Counted from the stretch's first letter, positions 50,248 to 58,936 are shown. The stretch: 64,000 bases of DNA from Rhizobiaceae bacterium (GCA_049289295.1 JBATLL010000070.1:109204-173203), one strand, 5' to 3'. Program-made: numbers and translations. The notes: generated by a model not told the origin, from the sequence alone.

Positions 50248-50940
50248 ATGCAATGGTACTGGCTCCCCGAATATGCGCCGATGTTTCTCCAGGGCCTGTG
50301 GCTCACGATCCAGTTGCTGGTCCTGTCGATTGTCATTGGCATGGCACTTGCCATCCCCATCGGCCTTGTCCAGGTGACCGGTCCCTGGCCGCTTGCATGG
50401 CTGGCGCGCGGCTTCTGCATCGTCATTCGCGGCACCCCGCTGTTGGTGCAATTGTGGCTGATCTACTATGGCGTCGGCTCGCTCTTTCCCTCGATTCCCG
50501 GCATTCGAGAAAGTTTCCTCTGGCCTATCCTGCGTGAAGCCTTTCCCTATGCCATTCTCGCCTTTTCGCTCAGCGTGGCGGGCTATGAGGGTGAAATCAT
50601 GCGTGGCGCGTTTCGTGGCGTCCCCAAGGGAGAACTCGAAGCAGCGCGCGCTATCGGCATGTCGTCCTTCAAGCTGTTGTATCGGATCTGGCTGCCCCGT
50701 GCCTTGCAGAATGTTTTCCCGACACTGGCCGGCGAATTCATCCTCACCCTCAAGGCAACACCTCTGGCTGCCACCATCACGGTCTTCGAAGTCTATGGCA
50801 TCGGCTCGATCGTGCGACAGGAAACCTATCGCATCTATGAACCGCTGCTGGTTGTCGGCTTCATCTACCTGTGCCTGTCAGGCATCATGATTCTCGGCTT
50901 TCGCTATCTTGAAAATCGAATTCCAAAAAGAGCGCTTTGA
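50248..50940 (+). CDS. Amino-acid ABC transporter permease (HisM-like)
   Basis: 230 aa from MQWYWL. Loop EAARAIGMSSFKLLYRIWLP. Confidence 0.9.
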   Translation: MQWYWLPEYAPMFLQGLWLTIQLLVLSIVIGMALAIPIGLVQVTGPWPLAWLARGFCIVIRGTPLLVQLWLIYYGVGSLFPSIPGIRESFLWPILREAFPYAILAFSLSVAGYEGEIMRGAFRGVPKGELEAARAIGMSSFKLLYRIWLPRALQNVFPTLAGEFILTLKATPLAATITVFEVYGIGSIVRQETYRIYEPLLVVGFIYLCLSGIMILGFRYLENRIPKRAL

Positions 50941-51743
50941 TGTTTCCCGGAAAACTGTCATTCGAATTCACCCACGCAATCGCGCGGCGTCCCTCGCGGT
51001 CGGTGACCGGTGGCCTTCGCGCAGTGGACACCGGTGCGCCTGACCTTGATTCATTCCTCGATCACCACGAGACCTATGTTGCTGCATTGCGCTCAACCGG
51101 TGCACTGGTCAGCGTTCTTGACGAACTGGAGGATTTTCCCGACTCGGTCTTTGTCGAGGATACCGCGCTTTGCCTGCCGCAAGGTGCCATCGTCATGCGA
51201 CCGGGAGCGCCGTCGAGACTTGGTGAAGCTGCAGCAATGGCGCCGCACCTGCAACATTTCTTCAAGGATGTGCGCTTCATCAAGGAACCGGGTTTCATTG
51301 AAGGCGGCGACATTCTGGTGACAGGCACCGAGATTCTCGTTGGTCGCTCCTCGCGCACGAATGCGCAAGGGATTGCCCAGCTGGGCGACTTGACCGAGGA
51401 CTGGGGCATTCCGGTGCGAGAGGTCATCACGCCTCCGGGCGTGCTGCATTTCAAGACCGACTGTTCCCTGCTTGATGCGGAGACAATCCTGTCGACGCCG
51501 CGCCTCGATGCCTCCGGCTGCTTTTCGCGCTACCGTGTTATTCACACCGCGCCAGGCGAGGAAGCAGCAGCCAATGCCATCCGCTTCAACAATCTGGTGC
51601 TGATGGCAGATGGATTTCCCGGCACCGCCGAAGCGCTCGAAAAGGCCGGTTACACCGTGAAGCGTATCCCCAACACGCAAGCTGCAAAGCTTGACGGCGG
51701 CATGTCCTGCCTGTCCTTGCGTTTCTCGTTGCCCCGATCCTGA
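50937..51743 (+). CDS. Dimethylarginine dimethylaminohydrolase-like / amidinotransferase-superfamily hydrolase
   Basis: 268 aa. DDAH-like N-terminus FTHAIARRPS. C-terminal catalytic Cys context DGGMSCLSLRF. ATGA overlap with the permease gene. Confidence 0.75.
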   Translation: MMFPGKLSFEFTHAIARRPSRSVTGGLRAVDTGAPDLDSFLDHHETYVAALRSTGALVSVLDELEDFPDSVFVEDTALCLPQGAIVMRPGAPSRLGEAAAMAPHLQHFFKDVRFIKEPGFIEGGDILVTGTEILVGRSSRTNAQGIAQLGDLTEDWGIPVREVITPPGVLHFKTDCSLLDAETILSTPRLDASGCFSRYRVIHTAPGEEAAANAIRFNNLVLMADGFPGTAEALEKAGYTVKRIPNTQAAKLDGGMSCLSLRFSLPRS

Positions 51744-51788
51744 GATGACCTTCAAACCGGGTATCCAGCAAGGGGCCGGAGTCCTGCC

Positions 51789-52691
51789 ATGAAAATGGAA
51801 CTGTCCGGCAATGCCCGAGCTGCCTTGCTTGCGCTGGTCGCCTCCGCCATTCTCAGCTTCATTGACAATTTCGTGGCAGGCGTGGCGCAGGAAGCGGGCC
51901 TGTGGCAATTCCATGTCACTAGGACTCTGATGGCGGTTCCACTGCTGTTTGTTGGCGCGCGCCTTCTCAAGGTGCCGACCATGCCCCACAATCCAAAACG
52001 CCTGCTGATCAGAAGCGTGATCCTTGCCGCTGGTCTGATGGCCTATTTTGCCGCCCTTGGTTTCCTGCCAGTTGCACAGGCCGGGGCGGGGCTCTTCAGC
52101 GCCCCGATATGGGTCCTCATTCTCAGCGCAGTGATTTTCGGGCGCAGGCTGGGCCTTGTGCAGATACTGGCCACATTGGGCGGGTTTGCCGGTGTGCTGC
52201 TGGTTCTGGGCATTGATGTGCGCGCCATTTCCCCGCTGTCGCTCTTCCCGCTTCTCTCCGGCCTGTTTTACGGTCTGGGCATGATGATCACGCGGTACTG
52301 GTGCTCGCGCGAGAGTCCGGCCGCACTCGCAATGGGCGTCTTTCTGGTCATGGGATTGTTCAGCCTCGTCATGTTGGTGGTGCTGACGATCTGGCCGGTG
52401 TCGGACACGCAATTCCTGTTGCGCGGGTTCGAGCCGATTTCCGGTGTGTTCCTGTGGCTGACGCTTATCCAGGCTGTGGGTGCGGTGATTGCGGTCTCGC
52501 TGATCTCGCAAGCCTACCGCATTGGCGATCCGCCGTTCGTGGCCGTCTTCGAATATTCCTTCCTCGTGTTCGCTGCCCTTTGGGCATTCATTTTCTGGGG
52601 AAGGGGGCTGGACATGGCTGCACTTGCAGGAATTGGGATCATCATCGTCTGCGGCACCTATGTCTCACTGCGTGGTGCAACGCAGCGCTGA
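51789..52691 (+). CDS. DMT superfamily (EamA) transporter
   Basis: 300 aa and about 10 TM in two EamA-like halves. Confidence 0.85.
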   Translation: MKMELSGNARAALLALVASAILSFIDNFVAGVAQEAGLWQFHVTRTLMAVPLLFVGARLLKVPTMPHNPKRLLIRSVILAAGLMAYFAALGFLPVAQAGAGLFSAPIWVLILSAVIFGRRLGLVQILATLGGFAGVLLVLGIDVRAISPLSLFPLLSGLFYGLGMMITRYWCSRESPAALAMGVFLVMGLFSLVMLVVLTIWPVSDTQFLLRGFEPISGVFLWLTLIQAVGAVIAVSLISQAYRIGDPPFVAVFEYSFLVFAALWAFIFWGRGLDMAALAGIGIIIVCGTYVSLRGATQR

Positions 52692-52706
52692 CATCCGATT
52701 GACCGA

Positions 52707-53333
52707 TCAATGGTGCTGCCAGTCGTCCGGATTGGCCGAATTGCCCGGAGACAGGCCGAGAACATCGCCCTTCGTGTCGCAACCAAGCCCCATCACCGTG
52801 CGATTGGCATAGGCGAAATAGGCCGTGACCTGATTGATTTCGAGTATTTCCCCGTCATCATAACCTTCGCGGCGCAACCGCTCGATCATTGCTTCATTGA
52901 CGCTCTGGGGCGCACTGGTCAGCGCTCTGGCATAATCAAGGGCGGCGATTTCCTTCGGTTGCAGCGGGGCCTTTTCAGGTTCGCCATCAACCATCGCTTT
53001 CCTGAGCTGGAGCGCGTGCTCATCATCGCGCATCAGCCTCTTCAGGCCGGCAAAATGATGCTCCTCGCAATAGTCGCAGCCGTTGAGAATGCTGACCCAC
53101 ACACCAATCGTTTCCAGAAACCACTTCGGAACCTTGTTGGCGGAATTATGCAGCACATGCTTGTAGAGGGCCATATGGCCCTCCATCGAGTGCGGGCGAA
53201 GCGAATGCGCCATCATGATGTTGTCGACATTGTTTCCCGGTCCCTTGATGCGGTCATACAATTCCCGCAGGCGACCGGTGGCCGCCGTATAGTCTATGGT
53301 CTTGATCCACGGCATGACGCTTCGCTCCTTCAC
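52707..53333 (-). CDS. Carboxymuconolactone decarboxylase (CMD/AhpD-like) family peroxidase-related protein
   Basis: 208 aa. CDYCEEHH (CxxC) core motif. Confidence 0.75.
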   Translation of the reverse strand: MKERSVMPWIKTIDYTAATGRLRELYDRIKGPGNNVDNIMMAHSLRPHSMEGHMALYKHVLHNSANKVPKWFLETIGVWVSILNGCDYCEEHHFAGLKRLMRDDEHALQLRKAMVDGEPEKAPLQPKEIAALDYARALTSAPQSVNEAMIERLRREGYDDGEILEINQVTAYFAYANRTVMGLGCDTKGDVLGLSPGNSANPDDWQHH

Positions 53334-53379
53334 GGCGAACGAAGCGCCAACCTGTGTTGCCAGTCAAGCGCCCTGGCGT

Positions 53380-55077
53380 TTATTTCGCAAGCCACAGCAT
53401 GTCGGCTGAATGCGCCTTTGGTCCGGCATCCTCACCGATCAGGAGCGACCCATCCGAAAGGGCGAGAATATTGTCGGGATTGGCCGGCCGACCTTCCTCG
53501 CAACGCCCTTCAGAAGTGATCTTGCCAATCACATGCGGTTCGATGCGTGTGATCGAATAATCCGCGCCGGTGACGGCCTTGTAGGTGCCGCCGCACTTTT
53601 CGGCATTGAGTGCGATGTCACCGCCCTTTGACGTATCGATCTCGCCCGTCGACCAGTCCTTCAGGCCCCAGCTCTTGTCCATGGTGAAGGCAATGCCCGA
53701 TGCCGCGATATAGACCGTGTTGCCTGACGCCGTGACGCCTTCAAGCTTGTCCCATTCATTGGTGGCACCCATCGCTGCAGCTGTCCTGCGCGATTCCAGG
53801 AATGCTGCACGAGCATCCTTTGCCGTGCCGGATGCATGCGCGCGGATTTCATCGTCACTGATGTAATTGGTGGCGCCATCCTTGTAGTCGCTGACCTGGA
53901 CATTGTCATAGGTGCTGATCCAACCGGCAATTTCCTCTTCGCTGGCATGGCCCAGTTCGATCCAGCTGACATCAAAACCAGCCTTGTGCGGATCATCCTC
54001 CTTGTCCTGCACCAGTTTGGCGGCATACAGGGTTCCCGAGCTCAAATCCCCCTTGCGATCGGCGACGAACTTGAAGAACACGCCGCCCGAAGCGGTATTG
54101 TATTTCTTGTCGCTGTAGATGGCCGAGTCATCGTCGCTCATGTAGAGCGTCCGCATGTCCGGCATGACTGCAGCCGTTTCATGGCTCAGGCGCCCGGTCG
54201 CATAACGCTTCACCAGTTCCTCGCCCGAACTGCTGGCCGCGCCATTGATTTCAATCAGGTAGCCATAGCGGTAGGGATTGGCCATGCGCCCCAGATATTT
54301 GGCCATGTTCTTCGGCTTGATATAGGTAATGTCGTTGCCCTTCTGGAAACTAGCGCGCTCATCCTCGTCATGATTGTCGGGATGGTTCCAGACGGCTGTG
54401 TTGTAGTAGAAATATTCCTCCGACAGGATCGGTGTGCCCCATGGCGTGACAATGCCTGAACACAGGACGAAACCGCCATCGACAGAAGACAGGTCCAGCA
54501 TTCTGGAAGCAGACAGATCCGCCTGCCATTTGCCATCAACCCTGTTCAGGAGCACCTTGCTCACGGCACTGGCGCCATCGCGGCCAGCACCTTCCCATGC
54601 CGTATAGAGATAGGCAGTATTGGCGCCGACCGGAATGAAACCGTTGAAGTCTGGCGTGTTGGATACGTACATCAACGCGCCGGCCGCATCGTAGACACCG
54701 CCAAAAACCTGGCCTGAGCCAAGCGTTTCACCGGCCTTGACCAGCGCTACATATTCTCCCATCGCCACCGAAACGCCGCTCCGGCTTCCTTCTGGAGGAA
54801 CTTCCATGCCAGGGCTCGAGATTTTCGAACTGTCGAAACCCTCGATATAGCCAACGATTGCCGGAGGCGCATCATCGCGCAGCATGTCCTTGCCGCCGGG
54901 GTGCTGCGCATTGAGAAACAGATCACCAAGTCCATTGATCGAAACGCCGGTGACTTCTGCGCCATCCGGCATCGTGGCGATGCGCGTCAACGCGACTTCA
55001 GCGGCCAGGGGATAGGCCGATGGCATGGCGCAAATCGTCAGGGCAAGGGTGAGTGATGCTAATGAACTGCGCTTCAT
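53380..55077 (-). CDS. PhoX/DUF839 family secreted beta-propeller phosphatase-like protein
   Basis: 565 aa. Signal peptide MKRSSLASLTLALTICAMPSAYPLAA. DUF839-like C-terminus NPDNILALSDGSLLIGEDAG. GGAGG RBS. Confidence 0.7.
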   Translation of the reverse strand: MKRSSLASLTLALTICAMPSAYPLAAEVALTRIATMPDGAEVTGVSINGLGDLFLNAQHPGGKDMLRDDAPPAIVGYIEGFDSSKISSPGMEVPPEGSRSGVSVAMGEYVALVKAGETLGSGQVFGGVYDAAGALMYVSNTPDFNGFIPVGANTAYLYTAWEGAGRDGASAVSKVLLNRVDGKWQADLSASRMLDLSSVDGGFVLCSGIVTPWGTPILSEEYFYYNTAVWNHPDNHDEDERASFQKGNDITYIKPKNMAKYLGRMANPYRYGYLIEINGAASSSGEELVKRYATGRLSHETAAVMPDMRTLYMSDDDSAIYSDKKYNTASGGVFFKFVADRKGDLSSGTLYAAKLVQDKEDDPHKAGFDVSWIELGHASEEEIAGWISTYDNVQVSDYKDGATNYISDDEIRAHASGTAKDARAAFLESRRTAAAMGATNEWDKLEGVTASGNTVYIAASGIAFTMDKSWGLKDWSTGEIDTSKGGDIALNAEKCGGTYKAVTGADYSITRIEPHVIGKITSEGRCEEGRPANPDNILALSDGSLLIGEDAGPKAHSADMLWLAK

Positions 55078-55142
55078 GGTAACCTCCTGCTACGTGAAGC
55101 AGAAGGTTAACCCCGAAATCGACTGAACTCGAATCGTTTTTG

Positions 55143-55412
55143 TCAGTCGTAGTCGGTGTCCACATCCGTCCTGACATAGACGAGCTCGCAAACATTGCCG
55201 TGCTCGTAGATCCAGGCTTCCTTGTCTTTCAGGAAGAAGCGCCTGTCCGGCGGAAAGGCAACCGGATCCAGCTCGTCAATATCCATGATGAGTTCATCCA
55301 TCATCCTGGCATAGTGATCTGCCTCGCGAGCGTCTTTCTCGCCAGGATGCGAGTGGAACTGTTCATTGCTGACAATGTGCATGCGTGCGTACCCCGTACG
55401 AATCGCCTTCAT
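55143..55412 (-). CDS. Small acidic hypothetical protein
   Basis: 89-aa ORF with no recognised family and a weak RBS. An alternative start is MHIVSNE. Lies downstream of the intrinsic terminator at 55481-55511. Confidence 0.4.
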   Translation of the reverse strand: MKAIRTGYARMHIVSNEQFHSHPGEKDAREADHYARMMDELIMDIDELDPVAFPPDRRFFLKDKEAWIYEHGNVCELVYVRTDVDTDYD

Positions 55413-55480
55413 TGCCTGTGATTCTGTCTGCGTTTGGTAAGCAGTTGGTTAATGCCGGGATAGAGTGGGATGCAGGCCAG

Positions 55481-55511
55481 AAAAAAGGCCGCCCCCTTGC
55501 GAAGGGCGGCC
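55481..55511 (-). terminator. Rho-independent terminator (minus strand)
   Basis: The minus strand reads GGCCGCCC-ttcgcaagg-GGGCGGCC-TTTTTT: a perfect 8-bp GC stem, a 9-nt loop and a U6 tail. Confidence 0.8.
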
Positions 55512-55705
55512 TGCATCCTCAACGGTCCCAGGGGCGTGTTCGGACCAGGGAGGAATACCTTGCTGTCCCGGCACCATGCCGGGCACGGGAAACGGTTCAA
55601 ACCATTCGCCGCAACACACGGGACACCAACATTGTCCCCCAGTGCAATGTCGGCACCGCCCGCATGAGGCCGGTCAACTTCCCTCAATCTAAGGGGGGCT
55701 GGGGC
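55512..55705 (-). ncRNA. Candidate structured RNA (trans sRNA or 5' leader) ending at the terminator; the 5' end is not defined
   Basis: No credible ORF. Three further hairpins: 55626-55653 (9 bp, with a G-U pair only on the minus strand), 55567-55583 (7 bp) and 55524-55546 (5 bp). An unpaired CCUCCC (55548-55553) sits between hairpins. Confidence 0.35.
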
Positions 55706-55868
55706 AACTGGAATGTGTGTTTTCCCACAACGCGCGAAAAATCCTCAGCCGGTTCAGGGCCAGACTGCACGCCCCGCTTTCGAGAATTTAACTTGAAAAT
55801 TCCATTTTTCGCGTGTCAAAGCATGCGGGTCCCCGTCGGGACGATCCGATTTCTGACAGGAAACGCGC

Positions 55869-57170
55869 GTGTTTCATTCCTTTTTTCCCAGACCAAAGCT
55901 TTTCATCCTGTCATTCATGGCCTGGTGCGTTGTCACCATGGGCCTTTGGTACAACGGGGCCAAACTTTGGGGCGGCCTGATCGGCCTGCCACCGATGGAG
56001 GGTGCTGAGGAAGTCGGTACCGTCTACTATTTCTTCACCCCGGACATGCTGTGGTTCTACGTCTACTATGTCCTGGCGATCATACCCTTTGCGCTTTTCT
56101 GGTTCTATTTCGCGCCTCACCGCTGGCAGCGCTGGTCGATTCTGGGAACATCCTTCATCCTTTTCACGACCGCCTTTTCGGTTCAGACCAGTGTCGCGCT
56201 GAACAATTGGCGCGGTGTGTTCTTCGACATGGTTCAGCAGGCTCTGACTGGCGACACAAAGGGCACTGTTCCGGCCGCCGATATCTTCAAGGGCCTGTTT
56301 GATTTCATCTCCATTGCGTTCGTCTATATCGGCGTCCTGGTCGTCACCCGCTTTATCGTCAGCCACTATATTTTCCGCTGGCGCACGGCGATGAACGAGT
56401 TCTACACGGAGAACTGGAGCAAGCTGCGCCATGTTGAAGGTGCTTCACAGCGCGTGCAGGAAGACACGATGCGATTTGCCGAGACCGTGGAAGATCTCGG
56501 AGTCAGCGCGCTCGACGCCGTCCTGACCCTGATCGCCTTCCTTCCAATTCTCTACAGGTTGGGCGCGCAGGTCACGTCGCTGCCGTTTGTCGGTGAAGTT
56601 CCCCAGCCCCTTGTTGTTGCCGCGATCATCTGGTCGGTCTTTGGCACCATCCTTCTCGCTGTTGTCGGCATCAAGTTGCCGGGCCTCTATTTCAACAATC
56701 AGAAGGTCGAGGCAGCGTACCGCAAGGAACTCGTCTACGGTGAGGATGATACGCAGCGCGCCAGGCCTCCGACACTCTACCAGCTGTATGAAGGGGTGCG
56801 CCGCAACTATTTCAGGCTCTATTTCCATTACGCCTATTTCAACGTGGCGCGCTATTTCTATCTCCAGACCGATAGCGTCATTGCGGTGGTCCTCCTGGTT
56901 CCCACCATTGCGGCGGGTGCCATTACCTTCGGCTTCTTTCAGCAGACCCTGTCGGCATTCAACCAGGTGACGAACTCATTCCAGTATCTGGTCAATTCCT
57001 GGGGTACGATCGTCGAGCTGCTGTCGATCCACAAGCGCCTGAAACAGTTCGAGATGGCCATCGACGGCATTCCCGTACCAGCGTCCGGTTCACAGGACCT
57101 GGCAGACATGGGCACGATTGCCGCTTCAGTCGAAAGCGGCAAGGAAGAAGTCAAGCCCCTGGCGGAGTGA
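55869..57170 (+). CDS. bacA: SbmA/BacA family peptide transporter (no ATPase domain)
   Basis: 433 aa. Strong by-eye match to SbmA/BacA blocks FRWRTAMNE, QRVQEDTMRFAE, VEAAYRKELVYGEDD and RRNYFRLYFHY. GTG start with AGGAA RBS. Confidence 0.88.
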   Translation: MFHSFFPRPKLFILSFMAWCVVTMGLWYNGAKLWGGLIGLPPMEGAEEVGTVYYFFTPDMLWFYVYYVLAIIPFALFWFYFAPHRWQRWSILGTSFILFTTAFSVQTSVALNNWRGVFFDMVQQALTGDTKGTVPAADIFKGLFDFISIAFVYIGVLVVTRFIVSHYIFRWRTAMNEFYTENWSKLRHVEGASQRVQEDTMRFAETVEDLGVSALDAVLTLIAFLPILYRLGAQVTSLPFVGEVPQPLVVAAIIWSVFGTILLAVVGIKLPGLYFNNQKVEAAYRKELVYGEDDTQRARPPTLYQLYEGVRRNYFRLYFHYAYFNVARYFYLQTDSVIAVVLLVPTIAAGAITFGFFQQTLSAFNQVTNSFQYLVNSWGTIVELLSIHKRLKQFEMAIDGIPVPASGSQDLADMGTIAASVESGKEEVKPLAE

Positions 57171-57182
57171 GCGTGGCGGTCG

Positions 57183-57512
57183 TTACGCGCATTTGATGCA
57201 GCGCTCCGCCATGGGGTCGATTTCCAGGCGGCCCGGTGCGATTTCATCGTCGCACTGGGTGCAGTAGCCATAGTCACCAGCATCAATGCGACGAAGCGCA
57301 AGTTCGATACGCGCCAGTTCATTCTGCCTGCGTCTTTCCTGGGCCTGCGCCATTGCCTGCGCCTGCATGGCATCCATGCGCGACAGCCGACCGACTGACT
57401 GCTGGTCGAGTTCAACCGTTTCACGCGCATCCGCCGCCAAAGCGGATTCCGCTTCAATTTCCTGACGCTTCCTGCCCAGCGCCCCGCGTACCTTGTCCAG
57501 ATCGACAGCCAT
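57183..57512 (-). CDS. TraR/DksA family C4 zinc-finger protein
   Basis: 109 aa. A coiled-coil followed by CTQCDDEI...CIKCA. Confidence 0.85.
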   Translation of the reverse strand: MAVDLDKVRGALGRKRQEIEAESALAADARETVELDQQSVGRLSRMDAMQAQAMAQAQERRRQNELARIELALRRIDAGDYGYCTQCDDEIAPGRLEIDPMAERCIKCA

Positions 57513-57605
57513 ACATTTCTGTCCATGCCATGTTCGACATTAAATATGGCAGCCTCTGGCGCGTGATGCTACCTTCGCAGCCAACTGGAATTGGGGAGTT
57601 CAAGC

Positions 57606-58184
57606 ATGGGAATGGCGATTCTACTGGCCGGTCTGGTGATCTTTCTGGGAATTCACTCCGTACGCATGCTGGCACCGCAATGGCGCCTGGCACGCATTGC
57701 ATCGATGGGCGAAGGGCGCTGGAAAGGCCTGTACACGCTGGTTTCGCTGGTTGGCCTCGTGCTGATTGTCTGGGGCTATTCCCAGGCACAGCCGCTTGCC
57801 CCGGTTCTCTATGTCACGCCGTTCTGGATGGTGCACCTCGCCGCTCTGCTGATGATTTTTGCCTTCATTTCCATGATGGTTTCAAATCTGAAGCCCGGCA
57901 GGCTGAAGCCGATGCTCAAGCACCCGCTGCTTCTGGCTGTGAAGATCTGGGCTTTTGCGCACCTGCTGGTCAATGGTGACCTGGCATCGGTGATTTTGTT
58001 CGGTTCCTTCCTGGCCTATGCAGTTTGGAACCGGATCGCGGTCAAGCGGCGCGGTGATCCGATCCCGGCAGCCGGGCCGGTGCGCAATGATGTGATTGCG
58101 ATCATTTCCGGTCTGGTCATTTATGCCCTTTTCATCTGGAAGGTGCACGAATGGGTCGCTGGAGTTCCGGTACCGATTGCATAA
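57606..58184 (+). CDS. NnrU family membrane protein
   Basis: About 192 aa and 5-6 TM. NnrU-like LFLGIHS... and HPLLLAVKIWAFAHLLVNGD. GGGGAG RBS before ATG 57606. Confidence 0.8.
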   Translation: MGMAILLAGLVIFLGIHSVRMLAPQWRLARIASMGEGRWKGLYTLVSLVGLVLIVWGYSQAQPLAPVLYVTPFWMVHLAALLMIFAFISMMVSNLKPGRLKPMLKHPLLLAVKIWAFAHLLVNGDLASVILFGSFLAYAVWNRIAVKRRGDPIPAAGPVRNDVIAIISGLVIYALFIWKVHEWVAGVPVPIA

Positions 58185-58264
58185 GGGACAGTCTTTCCGC
58201 TAAAAGGCCTGCGACGCCGCGGTCCTGAAAGGGCCGCGCCCAATTTCGAACGGAAAGACGCTTC

Positions 58265-58936
58265 ATGTCCGACGACAGTTTCATTCGCGAGGTGGACGAG
58301 GAACTCCGCCAGGATCAGTTCAAGTCCCTGTGGAACCGTTTCGGCAACATCATCATTGCCGTCGCCGTGCTGATCGTTGTTGCGACCGGTAGCTATCGCT
58401 TCTGGGAAAATTACACGAGCAAGCAGGCTGCCGCTTCCGGCGACGCCTTCCTTTCCGCCATCGACCTTGCCGCACAGGGCAAGCAGGACGACGCCATTGC
58501 CAAGTTCGATGAACTGGCAAAATCGGGACACGGCCAGTATCCGGCGCTCGCCAGGCTTCGTGTTGCCGGCGAAAAGATCGCGCGTGGCGACGCTGCCGGC
58601 GCTATAGCGGATTTCGATGCGCTGGCTGGCGATGGTGCGATCCCGGAGCCATTGCGCTCGGTTGCTTCCCTTCGCGCAGGAATGGCGGCAGTCGACACCG
58701 AAACCTACGAGCAGGTGAAGGCTCGCCTTGAGAGCCTGGCAGCGGCCGGCGGTCATTATCGTCACCTCGCCCGCGAGGCCCTTGGACTGTCAGCACTCAG
58801 GAATGGTGCGGATCAGGAAGCGCTCGTCTGGTTCCAGTCAATCGTCGACGATGCCGGTTCAGCAGGCAATGTGCGCACGAGAGCCACCATCATGCTGGAT
58901 CTGTTGGCAGGACGCGGCGTCAAATCCGCCGGATAA
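58265..58936 (+). CDS. Membrane-anchored TPR-like protein (YfgM/UPF0070-like), upstream of der
   Basis: 223 aa. N-terminal FIREVDEELRQDQ, a single TM and a helical-repeat C-terminus. Conserved position 5' of der. Confidence 0.65.
   Translation: MSDDSFIREVDEELRQDQFKSLWNRFGNIIIAVAVLIVVATGSYRFWENYTSKQAAASGDAFLSAIDLAAQGKQDDAIAKFDELAKSGHGQYPALARLRVAGEKIARGDAAGAIADFDALAGDGAIPEPLRSVASLRAGMAAVDTETYEQVKARLESLAAAGGHYRHLAREALGLSALRNGADQEALVWFQSIVDDAGSAGNVRTRATIMLDLLAGRGVKSAG

Noticed and set aside
55459-55472. An 11-nt near-match (atAgagtggga versus atCgagtggga) to the last bases of guaA, which could mark a right-hand att repeat of a guaA island.
   Set aside because: A 10-of-11 match is expected about once by chance in 2 x 64 kb. 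The similarity does not extend on either side. It is kept only as something to test with a proper alignment.
55512-55705. Possible cobalamin riboswitch, prompted by AGGGAAG and GCACTGGG resembling the B12 box. I also considered ZTP, SRP, 6S, RNase P and tmRNA.
   Set aside because: The spacing and flanking conserved blocks (GGTGxxAAxxCC...CCCGC, AGCCAGGAGACCTGCC, GGAAGGAAGCAGC and others) are absent. The resemblance is limited to short strings.
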